A stretch of DNA of 64,000 nt from the human T2T-CHM13v2.0 reference genome, Homo sapiens: assembly GCF_009914755.1 (NCBI RefSeq), contig NC_060932.1; one strand, given 5' to 3'. Position numbers and translations under genes: made by a program. Each line of letters starts with the position of its first letter. Positions within the stretch are counted from its first letter, which is position 1. This document shows positions 25,050-37,624 of the stretch, in pieces. Under the pieces are notes generated by a model, which saw only the letters and a program-made list of their open reading frames with translations, made no database searches and was not told where the DNA came from.

Positions 25050-26332
25050 GCCCTGGCCAGCACTAATGAACTTAGTGATTGAGCTGGGATTTTCAAGCAA
25101 AGGGCTGAAGGTGCCATCTGGCTTTTTTGTGCTGCTTATAGTAAACTGTAAGAGTGATAAATTGAAGGAAGAATTGTTAAACATGAAGGAACCAAGACCT
25201 GATAATTTTGAAAAGTCTCAATCTCTCTGGACAGCAAAATATGCTAGAATTAAGAAATGGCTTTTGAGTACTTTCAGGAAAACATGGTATAGACATATAG
25301 CCACAGGTAAGACTACATAACTACTGGTTAAGACTTCAAAAAGATCAAAGGATCAGCGTGTTATTCTGTCTCACAAAGAGCCTTTTAAAGAGATGAAAGG
25401 TGTGTCTTACCGATTGTCTCAATGGAACAGTCGGACGACTAGGAAGCATCAAGACATGATCTCTCAGGCTTCTGAGCAGACCCCAAAGGTGGAGAAGGGC
25501 TTTTCTTGGAGAGAATTGTGGGTATAACTTTTTTTCTAGTACAGTAAACTCAAATAAGATTCACAGAAATCCCACAATATTTTTTAGTTAATGTCACCAG
25601 CAGAAACACTGTCGTTTTGTACCAAAAGTAGCAGAGACAGTGCAAAATGAAAAAAAAGGTTAGTAGACCCCAGGAATTCTAATGGGAAGTAGCAAGTCAA
25701 GTAAACTAATCAGTTACAAACAAGCTCTAGTTTTCATGAAAAAGGATGACTCAGAGGATGGACCAAGGTAGCAGCTTCTGAAATTGCTTTCAAAGGTCCC
25801 TGAATCCTGGGATCCATGTCCTGGTATAATCCCCTCTCCTTGAGTGTAGGCTGGGTCTGATGACCAGTTTCTAACAAATAGCATATGAATCGTATTATTA
25901 TTTCCAAGATTAGGTTATAAAATACTGTGTTTTCCATCTTGTTCCTCTTTTGCCCTCTTGCTTGTTTACTGTGATCATTGTGAGTTGCTGTATGTTGTGA
26001 GCTTCTCATGCCTAGAGATGCCCCTGGCCTGGAGTTCAACAGGAACTGAGACCCTCATTCCAACAACCCACAAGGAACCAAATCTTTGTGGATTTTTTCA
26101 AGCAACTGCGCGAGTGAGGTTGAGAGCAGACTCCCCCCTAGTTGAGCCTTAAGATGATGATGGCCTTGATTGAAGCCTCAGGAGAAGCTCAGAACTAGAG
26201 ACCAGAACCCAGTTACACTATGCTAGGCCATTCCTGAATTCTGGACCCATAGGAACTGTGAGATAATAAATGTTGTTGTTTGAAGCCACTAAGTTTTTGA
26301 GTGATTTGTTAAGCAACAATTGATAACTAATA
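25050..26332 (+). mobile_element. MaLR internal fragment plus MLT1F/G-type LTR (LTR about 25775-26332)
   Basis: MLT-int motif tgctgcttatagtaaa. LTR motifs ataatcccctctccttgagtgtaggctgg ... gaactgtgagataataaatg ... gataactaata. Confidence 0.75.
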
Positions 26333-26337
26333 GTCAG

Positions 26338-26768
26338 TGTTATGGTAGAATTATGCTCCCCCCAAAAATTATATGTTGAAGTCCTAACACTCAGTGTCTC
26401 AGAATGCAACCTTATTTGGAAATAATCATTGTAGATATAATTAGTTAAGATGAATGGTACTAGAGTAGGGTGACTCCTAACCCAATATGACTGGTGTCCT
26501 TATGAAAAGGACAAATTTGGGCATAGAAGAGCATGTACAAGAAGAAAGCCATGTGAAGACTGGAGTTCTGCTGCCACAAGCCAAAGGTCTACCAGAAGTC
26601 AGGAGAAAGGCCTCAACAGACCCTTCTCTTGCACCTTCAGAGGGAGCACAACCTTGCATATGCCTTGATCTTGAACTTCTAGCTTCCAGAATTGTGAGAG
26701 AATCCATTTCTGTTGTTTACGTCACTCATTTTTGGTACTTTGTTATGGCAGCCCTAGGAATTGAGACA
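26338..26768 (+). mobile_element. MLT1B/C solo LTR
   Basis: tgttatgg ... ccaatatgactggtgtcctta ... tttgttatggcagccctagg ... aca; TSD gtcag/gtcaa. Confidence 0.88.
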
Positions 26769-28379
26769 GTCAATAAAAAGGAAGAAAGGTGTGATACCAA
26801 GCAGGAAAAAAGTAACCAAGGAACAATTTGCTCTAATCCTAGCAGTCCTCTGAAATGCTGACCCCCTCACCCTGAAGCCCAGTAAAAAAAAAAAAAAAAA
26901 AAGTCTATATGTTTATCCCTATTCAAACACCATCAGCATCAGGCTGTTCTGATCACAAAGGAAGTTACGGAGCCAGTGTAATGAGTGTCCCAGGTGGGCA
27001 GGTCTCTCCTTCACACAGCCCACAAAAGTAAGAGTAGCTGGAGGAAAACAACGCAAAGCAAACCACAAGGCACAGTAAAAAGAAAAGCAAATTTAAGAAA
27101 ATCCACATGAATCTCATCTTCAATATGAATTTTCTTTTTAAAAAAGAGGAAGGAAAATTTGACTCCCTCCTGTGTAAATTAATTTACAGCACTAGCTGAC
27201 CTATTTAAAGAAACCACAGGGTGAATCACTTGAACAAAAAAAAAAAAAAAAGAAAATCATCTTCAAATGCATCCCTTACATAACTCTAGGTTCTATGGAG
27301 ACGTACCAGAGCTCAACTCTGAATGTGACTGAGTGGGATTCGAGGTGTTAGGATCCATCATTTCTCAAACTCTATGTTCACTTTCAATTAATAGACAAAA
27401 AGAAATTGATTATGGAAAATTTGGGGCTGAAAAACAGTCACTCTGATTAAAATTCATGCTGACTGCTCTCATCCAATGCAGGCAAGTCCTGGTGGGAAGA
27501 AAATCCTTTTTGTTGACTTTGTTAATACTCAAGAAGAAAGACAGAAGAAATGAATTACATTCCAATGGTCCTCACAGGAAAGTGCCAGTTCCTGAGGCAG
27601 CATAATTATCTGCTTCCAGCTGATGACCTTTCCTCCCTGGTGACAGACACAGAAAGGGAAGGGAGAAAGGCCCTCCAGAGCTCGGTGTGAGCTGCAAATG
27701 CCAGGAAATCACTCTGCTCCTAACCAGTTGCTGTAGAAATGTAGTTTATGTGTGGTACATAAAGCTGCGATGGATTGTGGCTCCTACTGCCTCTGCCAGT
27801 TCCTCTGAACATAGATTCAGACACATCCCACCACCAGCGCCTGATCTTAGTAGAGTAGATTTTTAGAAGAATTGAACATAAACACACACACTCACGCACA
27901 CACACACAGCAAACTTTCATGGCAACAATATGGAAATGCAATCATGATAAAGAGTGACATTTCTTAAGGTGCATCATTTGCAATATTTTGATTAACTCCC
28001 ATTTCGGAATGGCAAAGCAGCTTATGTTAATAAACATAGAACTCCAATTAGACATCTGTGCATGCAATCTAAATGGAACTCTTAGCGGGCTTGCGTGTGT
28101 CACCAGTTTTCCCACAGTCTGTGTGCGGGCAACCCAGCCTGGGAGCCAGGAAGAAGGTGTTCAGTGATCTCATGAACGGCTGCTGGGGTTAGCCTGCAAA
28201 TCCCGCTGTTTTGTTGATGGTGTTTGTTTCCTCTCTAGACCTCTGACATGGGTCTCTCACAATCTGACTCCCTGATCTAAAATCCAGAGTTTTGAAAGCA
28301 GCAGCTCGCTGTTAAGAAGCCTCATCTTCATTCTATGAAAGCATTTCACTGTTTGGAAATGAAGGAAGCCACAGCATGA

Positions 28380-28530
28380 AGGATAGGGCGTGGACCTTGG
28401 GGCCAGACAGATTTGAATTTGAATTTTAACCTTGCAATTTATGAATCATGTGACTTGGGCAAATTACTTAAGCTTTCTCAGCCCAATCCCTTTACACAGA
28501 ATGTTAATATTTACCCCTCACACAGATTTA
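28380..28530 (+). mobile_element. MIR fragment
   Basis: gccagacagatttgaatttgaat ... tgtgacttgggcaaattacttaa. Confidence 0.7.
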
Positions 28531-28542
28531 GAGCTGGGCACT

Positions 28543-28679
28543 CTTTTATTTTATTTTTTAAAAATTATACTTTAAGTTCTGGGTGCATGTGCAGAACGTG
28601 CAGGTTTGTTACCTTACACATGCCACGGTGGTTTGCTGCACCCATCAACCTGTCATCTACATTAGGTATTTCTCTTAAT
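28543..28679 (-). mobile_element. Short L1PA (L1PA7/8-like) 3' end
   Basis: ttatactttaagttctggg ... catgtgcagaacgtgcaggtttgttac ... gcacccatcaacctgtcatctacattagg. Confidence 0.88.
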
Positions 28680-28739
28680 CACTTTTAATGTGCCGAAAAT
28701 ACAGCAGAAAATCAAAGTGGCAAAAACCCACACTTTATA

Positions 28740-29200
28740 TTTAATATGGAGAGACTCACGATGAATGAAAATAAATACATTATATAGGACATTGGAAAAT
28801 GATAAGGGCTGTGAAGAAAAACAAAGCAGGAGAAGTGTTATGAAGGATGCGGAAGCAGGAATTTGCAATTTTAAGTAGGGTGATCTGGGACGGCCTCACT
28901 GGGAAATGACCATTTGGCATGTGGTTGTCAGGGGAAGAGCTGGCAGAAGGACTAGCAAGTGCAAAGCTCTGAAGCCAGAGTTCCACGGAGGTCTTCAAGG
29001 GGCACCTAAGAAATCCATGTGGCTGGAGCCCAGGGAAGAAGGGTGAGAAGTTGGAAGGAATGCAAAGAGATAATCAAACATTTAGGTGTAGGAAGGACCC
29101 TTCAGGCCATGACACAAGATCACACTTTTATGCTGAACAAGATGGAAAACCATTTGTTTATTTTGAACCACAGAGTGGGTGGTTTGATCATTAAAGATTT
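28740..29200 (-). mobile_element. L2 fragment
   Basis: Purine-rich reverse L2 motifs (agtagggtgatctgggacggcctcactg; gcaagtgcaaagctctga). Confidence 0.7.
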
Positions 29201-29870
29201 AGTGCATTAAAAGAAGATTAAAAAAAAACAGAGAAGGAGGAGGAAGAAGAGGAAGGATATAAAGCATATAGCTATCTCCTGGCATAGATAGGTGATTTTT
29301 AAAATGCTATTTTGAAAGCTTCTTCACATTCCACAGAATCACAACAATCTTTCATTCTCTTCTTCATTCCCCCAAGACTGTGATTTATGCATAGAAGTTT
29401 TGTTGGAAATGTTTATGTTGCCTGAATTAATGTCATGAAATTTAAACAATAGAAATGAAATTTAAAGCCAAAGTATGTTATTTTCTTAGAGATTCTGATG
29501 ATTTCTGTGGGTGAGTTCTGCATGGCTGAGTCAAGAAAGTCAGATAATGTCTCACCATCGCTCATAAGAGGTCCAGAGATAAGGGGGTTCTTGAACAATG
29601 TGTGCAGATTCACTCCACACATCTGCTTGAAATGCAGTAATAGAGTCTTAAAACAAAACAAAACAAAACAATAAAAGAGAGAAAGACAAAGACAGGAATG
29701 AGGCTGATAGAATTCTTTGTCCATTTGGTGAAAAACTTGTTTTGGAATCTTGTGATCTTGTAGGCATTACATCAATTTATGGCCGTTCTTCTCTTTACTG
29801 ACTTCTGCTAAGCTTACAAAGGTCAAAGGAGATGCCAAGATTCAAGAGAAGCAAGCTAACCAATACCATT

Positions 29871-30230
29871 TGCTATGGTCTAAATGTCTGTACTCCCACC
29901 CACAGAATTCATATGTTGAAACGTAATCCCCAGCTGAATAATATTAAGAGGTGGAGCCTTTGGGAGGTGATGAGGTCATGAGGCCTCCACCCTCATGAAT
30001 ATGGAGGCCTTATAAACCAGGCTTAAAGGAACCCTTTTGCCCCTTCTGCCATGTAAGGACCCAACAAGAAGCTGCCATCTATAAGGAATGGGCCCTCACC
30101 AGACACTGAACCTGTTGCCACCTTGAACTTGGACTTCCCAGCCTCCAGAACCATGAGAGATACATTTCTGTTCTTTATAAATTACCCAGTCTGAGGTATT
30201 TTGTTATGGCAGCTAGAACAGACTAAGACA
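29871..30230 (+). mobile_element. MaLR solo LTR (MLT1A/MSTD-like)
   Basis: tgctatggtctaaatgt ... ggacttcccagcctccagaac ... gactaagaca. Confidence 0.9.
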
Positions 30231-30977
30231 CCCTCCCTTTACAAGATTTGAGGTTGTTGACTGACTCCACTAGGGGTGCTAAAAACAGCTCCTGAGAAAG
30301 AAAGGCTTACAACTCCCAAGTTTGCATTTCAAGCCTTGAATTATCTTTTGGCTGCTGGATAAATCAGTATCTGAGAGGCCTAAAATGCTTCACTGTCCAA
30401 ATCTTAACTAGTTTTCCCCCAAACCAGTGTCGCTTCATGCAATCTTTTGATGAGAGAATGGCTCCTATCTAGTGTCCAAGCCAGAAACCAGGTAATCAGA
30501 GATTCCTCACACACAACTGGTGATCCAGTGATGTTAATTCTACTTTTCAAATACTTTTTTAGCTTCCACATTTCCACTGTCACTGCTATAGTTCAAAACA
30601 TACTCTGTTCCAACTCATCTCCCTGCTTCTTATCACATCTTCTAATATGTCCACTAACTGATTTATTTGAAGGAAAAAAAAACTAATTGAGTCCTTCCCT
30701 ACTTAAAATTTGCCAATTTCTCTTCATTGCCTAAATTCCTTAGATTTATACACTAGACTCTGATCTGACTACTGATCATATCAGAGTCTAATGTACTGAG
30801 AATTTCTTTGACATTATTTCTCAATATTCTCCCTTTTTGTCTTCTTGTTTCTCCAACCAAAGGGCACCTTATAATCCTGCCATATTGAGCTTGTCATTCT
30901 CCTAAAACTCACCAAACTGCTTTAAACAAATTCTTTGCCAATTTCCCTCTCAGCCTGGAGTATCAACTCAGGGTGAC

Positions 30978-31389
30978 TGTGGTAGCCCTGAGAGTGTGTC
31001 TCACAGTACTTTCCCTATGGGGAGTAGTCAATCAAGGTTCCAACTCCTGAGTTGTGATGGGTTCTCTTGGGCCACTCCCAGACCATGAATGCAGCAGGGA
31101 TTTTAAAGCAGACCCCTTCTGGAAACCAGAGGGCTCCTCTGAAGAGAAACATTGGCTCCACCTCCCAAAGGCCCTGCTTTCTGAGATTGCACAGTGTCCA
31201 GGATGCTTCCACCTGACCATCCTTCCCTCTGTCTTCCACTAAGGCTTAGAATAGTGGTCTAACAGCTCTCCCAGTTCCTCCTAGATCCTTCCACATTTCT
31301 CTCACAGGTGTTTTCCATAATAAAATTCCTGCATGTTTAATTCTGTCTTGGAATCTGCTTCTCAGAGGAACAGGTCACACACTAACACA
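30978..31389 (+). mobile_element. LTR16-family (ERVL) solo LTR
   Basis: End tctcacaggtgttttccataataaaa ... tctgcttctcagagga ... ctaacaca; TSD gtgac/atgac. Confidence 0.8.
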
Positions 31390-31411
31390 ATGACCATCTG
31401 TCAAGGCCTAC

Positions 31412-31789
31412 TGATATGGTTTGGCTCTGTGTCTCCACCCAAATCTCACCTTGAATTGTAATCCTCATATTCCCCACATGTCAAGGGTGGGACCAGCTGA
31501 AGGTAATTGGATCATGAGGGTGGTTTCCCTCATGCTGTTCTCGTGACAGTGAGTGAGTCTCACGAGATCTGATGGTTTTATAAGCATCTGGCATTTCCCC
31601 TGCTTGGGGTCACTCCATCCTGCTGCCCTGTGAGGAAGGTGCCTGCTTCCCCTTTGCCTTCCACCATGATTGTAAGTTTCCTGAGGCCTCCCCAGCAATG
31701 CAGAATTATGAGTCAATTCAACCTCTTTCCTTTATAAATTACCCAGTTTCAAGTATTTCTTCACAGCAGCATGAGAACAGACTAATATA
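31412..31789 (+). mobile_element. THE1D-like solo LTR
   Basis: tgatatggtttggctctgtgtc ... gactaatata; perfect 5-bp TSD cctac. Confidence 0.93.
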
Positions 31790-32749
31790 CCTACTTTTTA
31801 GTCGACAGGTTTCTCCTCTGGAAAATAGCTTATTTCCTGCAGGTAAAACAATATATAATAGGAGAATATCATATAGACTTTAACTATATAACAGAACCAC
31901 TAATATTAGGTTTGTACATTTTCATGTCCCTACTATATCCCACCTGAAATGCCATTGTATCTATTATGCTTCATTTGTTTATTATAGTGATGTTGTCTCA
32001 TACAACATCTCTGTATCCACAAAAGTGAGCAGAGTGGCTGGCCTACAATCCATAATGGTTCTTTAGTGACTAGGAAAGTACTTAGCACATAGTAGATAAT
32101 AAATACATGCTAAAAGAGTTAATGTTTATAGAATTAATGAATGAATTAATGTTTACTGAATACATGGATGAATGAATGGCACACAAGCCTGGGGGACAGG
32201 GGTAGAAATCAAAGAACCCAGAAAAACATAAGGGCAAAAGAGAAAATATTTTCTTTCCTTGAAGGAAGAACAGAAAATGAGTAAATTCTAATCAGTAAGG
32301 ATCATGAGAAAGATATCACGTTGTTCTATTAAACTTTCAATTAAATATATCATCATCAATCAAGGCTTTAACATTTTGCAATTGTGTTATGCTTGACTAC
32401 TGTAGTGGTTACATGGTTATTAGTTTTCATATAGTAGACGATGTATTAGTGTAGTCTGGATGATCAAGAAAGGTAGATGATTTGTGTTGGGGAAGATTCA
32501 ACCATACCTCTGAGCGGGACAGATCTGAATTTGCAGGACAAACTCCAAAAAGAAAATCACCACTCTTACTTTAAGCATTGTTACAATAAACCTCTGTCGT
32601 CGAGACCAAGGTATTTTTCATGAAACAAGATGGGCTCGCTGCTTACCTAATACTAGTCTCTCACTTAGGTAGATGCTATATTTTAAGAAATGTGATTTAA
32701 TCCATGATATATCTGCACTTGTAATTTCTCATTTTCAGAAATGAAAGTT

Positions 32750-32960
32750 GTGGCATGATAAAGTTTGAAAACTTAGATTCAAATCTCAGTTTTTCTCCTT
32801 GCAGTGAGACACATAAGCTCCCAGAGCACTAATTTCTTATCAAAGAAGAAGAGTACTAAAACTTCCCATACAGCGTGTGTGAGGATTGAATGAGATCATA
32901 AATGTGCACGCCTTAAGAACTGTGTCTGACACAAAATCGCTGCTCAACAAATGCCGGCTG
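32750..32960 (+). mobile_element. MIR
   Basis: gtgaggattgaatgagatcat ... ctgctcaacaaatg. Confidence 0.65.
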
Positions 32961-33709
32961 AATCAGCAGCCAGGGCCATAATGGCATCTAATGCATTTTA
33001 AATGTCTGAGATGAATTTACAACATGGTATGTCTTCAGGATTAAAATCTACTTGGAAAGATTTCTCATAATAGCCCTCTCTTCTCTTGCTGGATCCATTT
33101 ACTCTTTGGGCACTATTCCCAACTCCAGTTCTGAGTGAGCTCTCTTTTGCAGGTTTTGAGAAATGTACCCAATGTACACCCTTTAGGTCATCTTGCCACC
33201 AATCAAGCTGCTACTATTGCTTTTCACAGGGCTTAGTCCACCTTCAGGTCTCACAGTTAGCCCTCCCTAAACACACGCAGTCATAAAGCTATGCTCTGAG
33301 CACCAAATTCTGCATCTTTTCCCCAGTTGGTCCCCTTCCCTTATTCCTACTATCCAAGTCTTTATGTCCTCTCCCTCTTTCTCATACCAAACTCTGTGTA
33401 CTGCAAAGGACTGGATAAGCCATTTGTGTTAAGGAGACTTCAATACATTTAACTAACATTTACTGAACTCCTACTTGTGCCAGGCATTGTGTTCTGTTTT
33501 GCCAGAGACATTATATTTTAAAGGAGACAGTGTATGAAAACACATATATAAACATAAGCCAAACTCTACTGGGAGAACTTGAGACCCAGGGAGATGAGTG
33601 GAGAAGGATGAGTCTCCTATATTAAGTGTGTCATCAGCACAGGCAACTACACACTCTGCAGATGACCAAAAGGCCACACGGGGCCTCTTTAACTTTGACT
33701 ATAGTGCAA

Positions 33710-34302
33710 TGTAGTAGTGTTAAAAATACATCCACAGATTATTTCACACTCTTCCCTTCAAGAGGAGGAGCCTAATCTTCACCCCACCTCCCGTCGCTGT
33801 GGCTGAACTTAACTTGCTTCTAACAAATAGAAAAAAATGTAGTAGCCACTTATGCCTAGTGTTCCATTATTGGAAAGCTAAGCACGTGGGAGTTATTTAT
33901 ATCCTGCTGCTCAAGGTCATCGCCAAGGACTGATTGTAAAAATTCAAAAAATTGTAACCTCAGGCATAAATGGGTTAAAGGTGTGTGACTTTGGAGATAT
34001 GGTCATAAAATGAACTGTGTCCGCTCCTTATTCTTTCTCTTGGACTGGCCACCCTGGAAAATGTTAGCTTCCATCCTAGGAGGAAAGAGCCATGGAACAG
34101 AGGCCTCCTGCCCACAGCCGTGTGAGTGCAACACCTTGGAAGCAAATCCTGCAGCCCCACTCAAACCTTCAGATGACTGTAGCCCCAGACTACATTCTGA
34201 CATCATTCCTGATTCACAGTAACTATGAGGCAATAAATATTTGTTGTTTCAAGCTACCGAGTTTTCGGGTAATTTCTTATACAGCCCTGGATGGCTAATA
34301 GA
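33710..34302 (+). mobile_element. MLT1F/G-type solo LTR split by MER85
   Basis: actcttcccttcaagagg ... acttgcttctaacaaatagaa ... ccttcagatgactgtagcccc ... aataaatatttgttgtttcaagc. Confidence 0.8.
33845..33974. mobile_element. MER85 piggyBac (PGBD3-related) MITE
   Basis: TIRs (g)ccacttatgcc ... ggcataaatggg followed by TTAA; internal palindrome gttccattattggaa(a); body matches the recalled MER85 consensus. Confidence 0.9.
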
Positions 34303-34519
34303 AAACTTGAACATTCTGATGTTTTGAAGTTCATTAAAAGTAGAGGGTGGCATACTGCATTTCAGCTAGCTTCTGAATTTCTTGTGCCATCAGCTTTGAG
34401 ACCTAAAAATGCCAAAAAAATTTTTCAACACTATGGTTGACTGTCATCCCAGGATAGGAATGTCTATCTGGGCAACAGGTGGCTGTGAGGACCAAAATAG
34501 TCGCACCTGGCATCCAGAC

Positions 34520-34900
34520 AGAATTTCATGCCTGATATCATTTCATCCTTACAATAATTCCACTGGAGAAGTAGGAAAAATTACTATTCTCCATTGTATA
34601 GATGATACTAAGTGATCACCTAAGGTTGCATAGATAATGAATGATATGGATGGCATGAGAATTCAGAATTCCTGAATTTCAAACCAACATGATTCCATCT
34701 CTATTACACTTTCTAGATCAATCTCTTCCTAAACCAAAGACTGTTAGATGATAGGGAGAGGAAAGAAAGAAATTTACCAATTATTCATTCTGTGCCAAGG
34801 AGCACACCAGGTACTTTATATTTATTTCATTTAATCATCACATCCAATGATACAGCTCTTGATAACATCAGTTTACAGATGAGGACTCTCAAGGGTGAAA
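34520..34900 (-). mobile_element. Two MIR fragments
   Basis: tcatttcatccttacaataa ... and cagtttacagatgaggactc cores. Confidence 0.6.
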
Positions 34901-35263
34901 GAAATTAACAAGAGCATTTTCATGGCCACTCATGCCACTTAAGGGTACAGGTATTATACATATACATGTCTTGTCATGTCATATCATATCATATCATAGC
35001 ATATCAAAGTCACCACAGTCTGGTTTTAGTATTTCTGTCCCTTTTTAGTTTTTGTAGTTATAAGCTGACACGTTATAAGGTGACATTATCCCTAAATACT
35101 TTTTTGGGGGTCACTTAAAGTTTTTTGTGTTTGGGTAAAAAGCAAGGATAGAACAGATTTCAAATACAACCTCAATCAAACCACCACCTTCAAGATTACC
35201 ACCAACTTCTGCTTCTGCTTTTGATAACTACAAACCAACCATTGTTTTTTTAAGACAAACAAA

Positions 35264-35350
35264 AATTAACTAAAGAGTTAATTAACTAAGTTAATTAGTT
35301 AATTAACTACTAATTGGTTAATTAACTAAGTACTTAATTAACTAAGTACT
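35264..35350. repeat. Palindromic AT-rich micro-array built from GTTAATTAACTAAG units
   Basis: Four TTAATTAA cores, a perfect 14-bp palindrome and a 16-bp tandem pair. Confidence 0.85.
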
Positions 35351-35587
35351 GGGAATACACTGCGAAAAAACTAGATATAAACTTCTGTCCTCACAGAATT
35401 TGTCTGAAAATGTTAAGCAATCATAAACATGTGGAAATCAAGCAAAAACCTTTGGGAAAAATGTCATTCTGTCTCATACCACTTTCTCATTCATCCCAGT
35501 TGGGTCATCAATAGCATTTTTATCTATGAATAAAATATTTAAAATATCCGTATTGGTCTTTCATCAACTACTTCTCAAATACTTCTT

Positions 35588-36305
35588 TTCTCATTTCTAA
35601 ATTTAATTGATGCATAGTATTTTACATATTTATGGAGTATAAGTGATATATTGTTACACACATAGAATGTGTGAAGATCAAGCCAGCATATTTGGGATAT
35701 CTATCACCTTGAGTATTTATCATTTCTATGTGTTGGTAATATTTAAAGTCCTCTATTCTAGCCACTTTGAAATAAACAACACATTGTTGCTAACTATAGT
35801 CACCTTACTGTTATCAGATACCAGAATTTATTTCTTCCATCTGACTGTATTTTGTGTCCATTAATCAATTTCTCTTAATTCCACCTCCTCACCTATACCC
35901 ACACCCACACATCCTTCCCAGCCTCTGGTATCTATCATTCTACTCTCTATCTCCATGAGATTAACTTTTATACCTCCTACACATGAGTGAGAACATGTGA
36001 TGTTTGCCTTTCTGTGCCTGGCTTATTTTACTTAACATAATGAGTTCCATCAATGTTGCTGCAAATGGCATGATTTCTTTCTTTTTATATGGCCAAATAA
36101 TATTCCATTGTGTATATACTACATTTTCTTTATCCTTTCATCCATTGATGGACACTTAGGTTAATTCCATATATTTGCGATTGCGAATACTGCCACAATA
36201 AACATGTGAGTGCAGGTATCCCTTGGATATACTGATGTATTTTCCTTTGGATGAACACTCAGTAGTGAGATTTCTAGATCATATGGTAGTTCTATTTTTA
36301 GTTTA
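35588..36305 (-). mobile_element. 5'-truncated L1MA 3' end
   Basis: L1MA 3'UTR motifs; 12-bp TSD caaatacttctt (35576 and 36306). Confidence 0.9.
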
Positions 36306-36379
36306 CAAATACTTCTTAATCACCATCTCAGATATACTCCACAGTCTTCAAGATTAACAACCACCATCACGAAAATAGC

Positions 36380-36600
36380 AGGTAACATTTAGTAAAAGCT
36401 GGCTCAGGCTAAGCACTTGTCCTCAGATTTGTGATAATGATCTTCAATTCTCATAGTCCCATGAAACAGGAAGTGGAATTCCCATTTTGTAAATAAAGAA
36501 ACTGAAACTCACAGAGGATAAGCTACTTTCTCAATGTCACACAGCTAATGAGTTGTAGTGGCAACACATAACTACAATGTCAGAGTCCATACTGTCTCTT
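36380..36600 (-). mobile_element. MIR
   Basis: cccattttgtaaataaagaaactgaaactcacagagg ... gtcacacagcta. Confidence 0.75.
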
Positions 36601-36649
36601 TTACGGTCTCTACTCCTCTTGTGACTGATCATTCCTTCATCACTGATGA

Positions 36650-37600
36650 GATTGATCATTTACAGCATGAATTCCCCCAGCCTCCTTCACTAGATGAATA
36701 ATAGACTATGGTCTCTTCTATTCTTCCCCAAATCTCAGAGTGGGTCCCTCCTCCTACTCACAGACAGGATTCTCCCATTCTATTTAACACTTAACACACT
36801 GCAATTTGTTTTCTCTCCCAACCACTCAACCGACTGCCTTGGCTAAGGTCATCAAAACAGCCCACTTCTAGACTATGCAGATGGTATTTGGACTTTATCT
36901 TACCATATTTCTCCTTTGCGTTTGACTGCCAATGGTCCCCCACCTTAAAACTCTGCCCTCTATTCTGAGATACCAGTCACATGGTTCTCCTACTTCTATA
37001 GCAATTCCTTTTTCATCTCCTTCCTCCCACACTTACATTTTGTTGTTTTTTAGGGTTTATCCTTGCTTGCCTCTCTCCTTACCCTATATCCTTTTTTCTA
37101 CCTAGCACCCATGCTCATGGTTTTAACTACCGCTAGATGAGAATTCTCAAATCTTGTATTTCCACCCTTAACTTATTGTGTGCTTCTCCCAACACTCTTG
37201 TTCAGTTTTTTACTTAAAAAGTTCTTCTTAATAATTCATAGACTTCTCAAATTTAACATGAATACAATTCAACTCATGATTTTTCTCATTCTCTCAAACG
37301 AGCATTTCCTCCTTTATTGGAGTGATACCTCCATCATCAATCCAATTTTTCAATATGAAATCTGGGATTGTTTTATACAACTGTCTTTTACTCATCCCTC
37401 TCTCCAACTTAACAGTGTTGTTAATGTCTTAGATAAATCTCTTGTCCCGTTCTCCACCCAGTCCTACAACCACTCTCCTGAGTAAGAAGCACATCACATC
37501 CTGCCTGGACTACCTAAATAGTTTCTTAAATGTTATTTCTGTTCCTAGATTTTTCCTTCTTAAACCAACTTCCCACCTGCTGAATTAAAATCACTTCCAT
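36650..37600 (+). mobile_element. L2 fragments
   Basis: gctaaggtcatc; catggttttaactacc; acttctcaaatttaacatg; cctgcctggactac. Confidence 0.65.
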
Positions 37601-37624
37601 GTGACTGCACCACATGTAGAATAC

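Noticed and set aside
24796-25320. Longest ORF in the window (174 aa)
   Set aside because: Its second half runs through a decayed MaLR internal region; no coherent protein family.
35264-35350. CRISPR-like or pre-miRNA interpretation of the palindromic repeats
   Set aside because: Eukaryotic DNA, no unique spacers or cas genes; hairpins are short and AT-only.
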